A DNA stretch of 32,471 bases from Pseudomonadota bacterium (GTDB lineage: Bacteria > Pseudomonadota > Gammaproteobacteria > Burkholderiales > Burkholderiaceae): the NCBI GenBank assembly GCA_039805525.1, contig JBDLUB010000001.1, forward strand, positions 1 to 32,471, written 5' to 3'. The notes beneath the pieces were generated by a model. It saw only the letters and a program-made list of their open reading frames with translations, was not told the DNA's origin and searched no databases. Positions 27,030 to 32,471 of the stretch are shown in pieces (position 1 is the first letter of the stretch; each line of letters starts with the position of its first letter). Made by a program: the position numbers and the translations under genes.

Positions 27030-27070
27030 TGCCTAAAAATTAAGCAGTTGAGTAACGGGTGTGGTACAGT
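27030..27070 (+). promoter_or_regulatory. dusB-fis promoter with overlapping Fis-type site
   Basis: GCCTAAAAATTAAGC (27031-27045) fits GnnYAnnWnnTRnnC; extended -10 TGgTACAGT at 27062-27070. Confidence 0.6.
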
Positions 27071-27102
27071 GGTGCCTCCAATCCAGATCCATTTCCCTCG
27101 GT

Positions 27103-28119
27103 ATGCAAATCGGTCCTTACTCACTAGCCAATGCTCTATTTGTTGCGCCTATGGCTGGTGTCACTGATCGCCCCTTTCGACAATTATGTAAAAAATTAGG
27201 GGCAGGTTATGCGGTCTCGGAAATGATCGCCTCCAATGCCATGCTGTGGAATAGTGAAAAAACCTTGAGGCGCGCCAATCATGTTGGCGAGTTCAAACCC
27301 ATTGCAGTCCAAATTGCAGGAGCAGATCCAAAGATGATGGCGCAAGCAGCTCGCTTGAATGTGGATCGAGGCGCTCAAATCATTGATATCAATATGGGCT
27401 GTCCGGCAAAAAAAGTGTGTAATGTCGCCGCTGGTTCTGCCCTCCTAAAAGATCAACCTTTAGTACAGCAAATTGTGGAGTCGGTGGTTCATGCTGTTGG
27501 CACTGGCCCTGATGCGGTGCCCGTGACACTCAAAATTAGAACCGGCTGGGATCGTGATCATAAAAACGCCCTAGAAATTGCAAAAATTGCGCAGGACGCT
27601 GGAATTTCGATGCTCACGATTCATGGGCGCACTAGAGCGGACTTGTACCATGGCAATGCGGAATATGAAACGATTGCGGCCGTGAAAAGCCGTATCAGCA
27701 TTCCGGTGGTTGCTAATGGCGATATCAACAGTCCCGAAAAAGCGAAGCAGGTTTTGCGCATCACTGGCGCGGATGCACTCATGATTGGACGAGCAGCACA
27801 AGGCAGACCCTGGATTTTTCGGGAAATTGAGCACTATCTAAAAACGGGTGAACTCCTACCTGCCCCACGGATTCATGAAATTCAAGCGATCCTCAATGAG
27901 CATCTACTAGATCACTACGCATTCTATGGCGAGTACACGGGGCTGCGAACCGCGCGCAAGCATATTGCCTGGTATTGCAAAGGCTTACGCAACTCGCATG
28001 CGTTTCGTCACCAAATGAATAGCGCCGAGGATTGCAAAACCCAATTGCAACTCGTCAATGATTATTTTGATGAAATGAAGCTCCACTCGGATCATCTTTT
28101 ATTTTTAGAAGCAGCCTAA
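27103..28119 (+). CDS. dusB: tRNA-dihydrouridine synthase B
   Basis: APMAGVTDRPFR, IDINMGCPAKKV, HGRTR, ANGDI and GRPWIF. Start likely ATG 27103. Confidence 0.96.
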   Translation: MQIGPYSLANALFVAPMAGVTDRPFRQLCKKLGAGYAVSEMIASNAMLWNSEKTLRRANHVGEFKPIAVQIAGADPKMMAQAARLNVDRGAQIIDINMGCPAKKVCNVAAGSALLKDQPLVQQIVESVVHAVGTGPDAVPVTLKIRTGWDRDHKNALEIAKIAQDAGISMLTIHGRTRADLYHGNAEYETIAAVKSRISIPVVANGDINSPEKAKQVLRITGADALMIGRAAQGRPWIFREIEHYLKTGELLPAPRIHEIQAILNEHLLDHYAFYGEYTGLRTARKHIAWYCKGLRNSHAFRHQMNSAEDCKTQLQLVNDYFDEMKLHSDHLLFLEAA

Positions 28120-28129
28120 TTGACCCATT

Positions 28130-28369
28130 ATGAAAAGTAATAAACATCCCGTTACGGAGTGCATTGAGATCAATCTGCAACGCTACCTTGATGACCTCAA
28201 AGGTACGCCGCCCAATGATATTTATCAAATGGTCTTGAGTGTGGTTGAAAAACCGATGTTAGAACTGGTGATGGCACATGCCAAACAAAACCAATCCTTA
28301 GCCGCATCGTATTTAGGGATTAATCGCAATACCTTACGCAAAAAACTTTTAGAGCATCGCTTAATCTAA
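28130..28369 (+). CDS. fis: Fis-family nucleoid protein (short, 79 aa)
   Basis: [29 protein letters not shown]; directly follows dusB. Confidence 0.92.
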   Translation: MKSNKHPVTECIEINLQRYLDDLKGTPPNDIYQMVLSVVEKPMLELVMAHAKQNQSLAASYLGINRNTLRKKLLEHRLI

Positions 28370-28371
28370 TT

Positions 28372-29955
28372 ATGATTCGTACAGCCCTCCTCTCCGTATC
28401 CGATAAAAATGGTATTGTTCAGTTTGCTCAAGCACTGCATGGCTTAGGTGTAAAACTGATCTCAACTGGCGGTACCGCTAAACTGTTGGCCCAAGAAGGC
28501 TTACCGGTTACTGAAGTGGCAAGCCTTACCGAGTTCCCCGAAATGTTGGACGGTCGGGTCAAAACCTTACACCCAAAGGTTCATGGCGGCTTATTAGCTC
28601 GACGCGACTCCAAAGAACATATGGCCGCCATCGCCAAGTACGGGATTGAACCAATCGATCTATTGGTGATTAATCTCTACCCCTTTACACAAACGGTGAG
28701 TCAAGCGAACTGCAGCTTTGAAGAGGCGATTGAAAACATTGATATTGGCGGACCAGCCATGTTACGAGCTGCCGCTAAGAATCATCAAGATGTCACCGTA
28801 CTCATCTCCCCAGCAGATTACACAATGGTTTTGGATGAGATGCGTCGCAATCAGAATGCAGTTTCGTTTGCAACCAACTTAGCACTAGCCAAAAAAGTGT
28901 TTGCACATACCGCCCAATACGATGGAGCAATTGCGAACTACTTAAGTTCTTTAGACGATACGCAAGATCATCAGAAGCGCCACCCCTATCCACAGACTCT
29001 GCATTTAGCATTTGAGCGCGTTCAAGAAATGCGCTATGGTGAGAACCCTCACCAATCGGCAGCGTTTTATAAAGACCTCGTACCGCCTGTTGGGAGTCTC
29101 GCTCATTATCAACAGCTTCAAGGTAAAGAGTTGTCTTTTAACAATATTGCCGACTCAGATGCTGCCTGGGAATGCGTTAAATCCATTAGTCGGGATCAAG
29201 CAGCATGTGTCATTATTAAACATGCCAATCCTTGTGGCGTAGCGGTAGCGGATACCGCAGAAAAAGCCTATCTAAAAGCATTACAAACCGATCCAACTTC
29301 TGCTTTTGGCGGAATCATTGCACTCAATCGTACCTGTGATGAGGCATGCGCTACAGCAATTGCAAAGCAATTTGTTGAAGTACTCATCGCGCCCTCTTTT
29401 ACCGAGTCTGCCAAGGCAATTTTTGCTTCTAAGCAAAATGTACGTCTTCTCGAAATTCCGCTTCCTAACGAAGGGGCTAATCCTCTGAATCAATTTGACT
29501 TCAAACGCGTCGGGGGCGGTTTGTTAGTGCAGTCGAGTGATTCAAAGAATGTACTTCCCCAAGAATTACAGGTCATGACTAAACGTCAGCCGAGCCCCAC
29601 CGAATTAGCCGATTTAATGTTTGCCTGGCGAGTCGCCAAGTTTGTGAAGTCGAATGCAATTGTGTATTGTGCCAATGGCATGACCTTAGGGATCGGCGCT
29701 GGACAAATGAGTCGGATTGACTCTGCCCGAATTGCAAGCATTAAGGCTGAGCATGCTGGCCTGAGCCTGAAAGGTTCTGCGGTTGCGAGCGATGCCTTCT
29801 TCCCGTTTCGGGATGGGCTAGATGTAGTTGTGGCTGCCGGAGCAACAAGCGTAATTCAACCGGGGGGTAGCATGCGCGACCCCGAAGTGATTGAAGCGGC
29901 TAATGAGCATGGCATTGCAATGGTGTTCACAAGCACACGACACTTTAGACATTAA
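28372..29955 (+). CDS. purH: AICAR formyltransferase/IMP cyclohydrolase
   Basis: [45 protein letters not shown] and RHFRH end. Confidence 0.98.
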   Translation: MIRTALLSVSDKNGIVQFAQALHGLGVKLISTGGTAKLLAQEGLPVTEVASLTEFPEMLDGRVKTLHPKVHGGLLARRDSKEHMAAIAKYGIEPIDLLVINLYPFTQTVSQANCSFEEAIENIDIGGPAMLRAAAKNHQDVTVLISPADYTMVLDEMRRNQNAVSFATNLALAKKVFAHTAQYDGAIANYLSSLDDTQDHQKRHPYPQTLHLAFERVQEMRYGENPHQSAAFYKDLVPPVGSLAHYQQLQGKELSFNNIADSDAAWECVKSISRDQAACVIIKHANPCGVAVADTAEKAYLKALQTDPTSAFGGIIALNRTCDEACATAIAKQFVEVLIAPSFTESAKAIFASKQNVRLLEIPLPNEGANPLNQFDFKRVGGGLLVQSSDSKNVLPQELQVMTKRQPSPTELADLMFAWRVAKFVKSNAIVYCANGMTLGIGAGQMSRIDSARIASIKAEHAGLSLKGSAVASDAFFPFRDGLDVVVAAGATSVIQPGGSMRDPEVIEAANEHGIAMVFTSTRHFRH

Positions 29956-29957
29956 TC

Positions 29958-30452
29958 ATGCGCTGGTTAGGTATCGATCCTGGCTTACGAACCACTGGCT
30001 TTGGAGTCATTGAACTTGAAGGCCAACAATTGCGCTACATTAGTTCAGGCACGATTGAGAGTGGCGAAGTTGCCTTAGGTTTACCTCATCGTCTTGGCAT
30101 CTTATATCAAGGTGTCCAAGAGGTGCTCCTTCGCTACCAGCCCGATGCCGCTGCCATTGAAGAGATTTTTTTAAACGTGAATCCAAGATCCACCCTCATG
30201 TTGGGTCAAGCACGAGGTGCCGTAATTGCCGCCCTTGTTTCAACCGGCCTTTCGGTCTCTGAATACAGTGCGCGTGGCGTCAAGCAGGCGATCGTCGGTA
30301 CTGGTCGGGCCAATAAAACACAAATGCAAGAAATGGTAAAGCGTTTACTCAAGCTCAAAAAAAGTCCATCACCCGATGCAGCCGATGCACTTGGGGTCGC
30401 CATTTGTGCGGCTCACCATCATCAGGTTCAAATGAGTAAAGCAAAGCGTTAA
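29958..30452 (+). CDS. ruvC: Holliday junction resolvase RuvC
   Basis: LGIDPG..TGFGVI, LGQARG and [11 protein letters not shown]. Confidence 0.97.
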   Translation: MRWLGIDPGLRTTGFGVIELEGQQLRYISSGTIESGEVALGLPHRLGILYQGVQEVLLRYQPDAAAIEEIFLNVNPRSTLMLGQARGAVIAALVSTGLSVSEYSARGVKQAIVGTGRANKTQMQEMVKRLLKLKKSPSPDAADALGVAICAAHHHQVQMSKAKR

Positions 30453-30461
30453 GATAGAGGC

Positions 30462-31043
30462 ATGATTGGACGTATCCATGGCACGCTTATTACGATTTCA
30501 GCTCCTAAATTGCTGATTGATTGCCATGGGGTCGGCTACGAAGTCGACGTGCCAATGAGCACCCTGTATCAATTACCACCTGTGGGTCAAATGATCACCC
30601 TGCTTACGCATTTCCATGTGCGCGAGGATCAACAACAATTATTTGGTTTTGCCACCGAAGCCGAGCGCAACGCCTTCCGAGCACTCATCAAGATCAGTGG
30701 GGTTGGGGCACGCACTGCCCTAGCGGTGCTATCGGGCATGAGTGTGAGTGAGTTGATTCAAGCAATTGCTACCCAAGATCCAGGCGCCTTAGTTCGGGTT
30801 CCTGGTATTGGCAAAAAGACGGCTGAACGCCTTTTATTAGAGCTCAAGGGTAAATTAGCCCCCGATTTAGGAATTTCCCAGAATTTATCGGGTAAGCCCG
30901 ATACCACCACTGAGGTGATTCAAGCATTAGTTTCCTTGGGATACTCCGATAAAGAGGCGCATCTGGCGGCTCGCCAAATCCCTGCTGATACGAGTGTCTC
31001 CGATGGAATTAAGATTGCACTCAAATCCCTTTCAAAAGGTTAA
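30462..31043 (+). CDS. ruvA: Holliday junction branch migration protein RuvA
   Basis: [24 protein letters not shown] and [12 protein letters not shown]. Confidence 0.97.
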   Translation: MIGRIHGTLITISAPKLLIDCHGVGYEVDVPMSTLYQLPPVGQMITLLTHFHVREDQQQLFGFATEAERNAFRALIKISGVGARTALAVLSGMSVSELIQAIATQDPGALVRVPGIGKKTAERLLLELKGKLAPDLGISQNLSGKPDTTTEVIQALVSLGYSDKEAHLAARQIPADTSVSDGIKIALKSLSKG

Positions 31044-31046
31044 GTC

Positions 31047-32108
31047 GTGGCAATTCATACTGATAACTTAGATGCTGATGATGGTGATGAGCGGATTGTC
31101 AGCCCTGGGGCTGGGCAAGCCGAAGCCGTATTTGAGCGTGCCCTTCGACCAAAGCAGCTCGATGAATACGTTGGTCAAAGTAAAGCACGCTCGCAACTCG
31201 AAATTTTTATCAATGCGACCCGTAAGCGCAAAGAAGCCTTAGATCATGTTTTATTGTTCGGTCCACCCGGTTTAGGCAAAACTACCCTAGCGCACATCAT
31301 TGCCCGAGAGCTCGGGGTTAATCTTCGACAAACTAGTGGTCCAGTATTGGATCGCCCTGGTGATCTTGCCGCACTTCTCACCAATCTAGAAGAAAACGAT
31401 GTCCTTTTTATTGATGAGATTCATCGGCTCTCACCAGTCGTTGAAGAGATTCTCTATCCAGCTCTCGAGGATTATTCGCTCGATATCATGATTGGTGAAG
31501 GTCCTGCAGCCCGCAGTGTGAAGTTGGATCTCAAACCCTTTACATTAATTGGGGCAACGACGCGCGCCGGCATGCTGACAAACCCTTTGCGAGATCGTTT
31601 TGGGATTGTGGCAAGACTTGAGTTTTATTCGTCCGCTGAACTTACTAAAATTATTGAGCGTTCGGCTACCTTACTTAATGCCCAGATTGATCCCCAGGGT
31701 GCAAGCGAGATCGCGCGTCGCGCCCGCGGCACTCCACGGATTGCGAACCGCTTACTTCGCAGGGTTCGGGACTACGCAGAGGTGAAGGGTAGCGGAGTAA
31801 TTACCAAGCCAATGGCCGATGCAGCTTTGGCGATGTTAGACGTTGATCCAATGGGCTTTGATGTGATGGATCGCAAGCTCCTTGAGGCAATCTTGCATAA
31901 ATTTAATGGCGGTCCAGTCGGTATTGATAATTTAGCAGCAGCCATTGGCGAAGAACGCGATACCATCGAAGACGTGTTGGAACCCTTTCTGATTCAGCAA
32001 GGATATTTACAACGCACCTCGCGTGGTCGTATTGCGACTCGTCAGTGTTATGAGCATTTTGGCCTCAAGGCGCCAAGTAGCTCCGCAAACCTCGATTTGC
32101 TCGATTAG
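31047..32108 (+). CDS. ruvB: Holliday junction DNA helicase RuvB
   Basis: [29 protein letters not shown] and [16 protein letters not shown]; GTG start. Confidence 0.98.
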   Translation: MAIHTDNLDADDGDERIVSPGAGQAEAVFERALRPKQLDEYVGQSKARSQLEIFINATRKRKEALDHVLLFGPPGLGKTTLAHIIARELGVNLRQTSGPVLDRPGDLAALLTNLEENDVLFIDEIHRLSPVVEEILYPALEDYSLDIMIGEGPAARSVKLDLKPFTLIGATTRAGMLTNPLRDRFGIVARLEFYSSAELTKIIERSATLLNAQIDPQGASEIARRARGTPRIANRLLRRVRDYAEVKGSGVITKPMADAALAMLDVDPMGFDVMDRKLLEAILHKFNGGPVGIDNLAAAIGEERDTIEDVLEPFLIQQGYLQRTSRGRIATRQCYEHFGLKAPSSSANLDLLD

Positions 32109-32114
32109 ATGAAA

Positions 32115-32471
32115 TTAATTTAAAAGCGTCACTTTGGCAAAGCGGCGCTTACCGACTTGGATCACGTAGGTACCCGCTTCTAATTTCAGGGTCTTATCAC
32201 TCACGACTATCCCGTCAATGCGTACACCATGTTGCTCAATATTGCGATTGGCCTCCGAGGTCGATGGCACTAAATTAGCAGCCTTTAAAAGGGCAGCGAT
32301 ACCTAGCGGAGCCCCGGTTAATTCAAGTGCGGGAATGTCATCGGGTATTCCACCTTTGGCGCGATGATTAAAGTCTTCGAGCGCCTTCTCTGCAGCGGCC
32401 TGTGAATGAAAACGAGCCACAATCTCTTGACCCAATAGCACTTTGCAATCCCGTGGATTTCGGCCGGCAGC
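32115..32471 (-). CDS. tyrS: Tyrosine--tRNA ligase, C-terminal part (5' end outside window)
   Basis: The frame is open to the window edge: AAGRNPRDCKVLLGQEIVARFH..STSEANRNIEQHGVRIDG..QVGKRRFAKV (S4 domain). Confidence 0.93.
   Translation of the reverse strand, partial: AAGRNPRDCKVLLGQEIVARFHSQAAAEKALEDFNHRAKGGIPDDIPALELTGAPLGIAALLKAANLVPSTSEANRNIEQHGVRIDGIVVSDKTLKLEAGTYVIQVGKRRFAKVTLLN

Noticed and set aside
498-31966. Remaining 60-110 aa ORFs nested in or antisense to housekeeping genes
   Set aside because: They lie essentially within strongly supported CDSs and show no family motifs, as expected by chance.
1-32471. CRISPR array, tandem repeat array, riboswitch, prophage or defence system
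   Set aside because: No periodic repeats were seen on reading, intergenic gaps are too short (at most about 135 bp once the small ORFs are counted), and no such genes are present. A covariance-model (Rfam) scan would be needed to exclude small RNAs formally.

Overview
This is a compact, gene-dense chromosomal segment with mid-40s %GC (estimated by eye). Gene order and protein style suggest a streamlined freshwater betaproteobacterium, most likely Polynucleobacter (Burkholderiaceae); this is inference, not a database match. From about 6.2 kb onward it is core housekeeping: htpG, miaB-ybeY-corC-lnt-glyQS-gmhB-plsC, the convergent lptD-surA-pdxA-rsmA, then amgK-murU-pepP-ubiH-dusB-fis-purH-ruvCAB and the 3' end of tyrS. 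The first 6.2 kb is more varied. It holds tRNA-Met with a terminator, two tiny membrane ORFs missed by the ORF track (48 and 41 aa), a stand-alone FrhB-family enzyme resembling the BciB 8-vinyl (bacterio)chlorophyll reductase, maiA, an AEC transporter, a gamma-carbonic anhydrase-like gene, an Amt with an NtrC-type box, an orphan Rap1a/Tai-like protein, a glycine-zipper lipoprotein and an OsmC protein. I saw no mobile element, CRISPR array, prophage or defence island, and I cannot support a claim of a large novel system. The best leads are the tRNA-adjacent microprotein pair plus BciB-like gene, the orphan Rap1a-like/lipoprotein pair sharing an NtrC-type box with amt, apparent leaderless promoters, and apparent clean gene losses from conserved operons.
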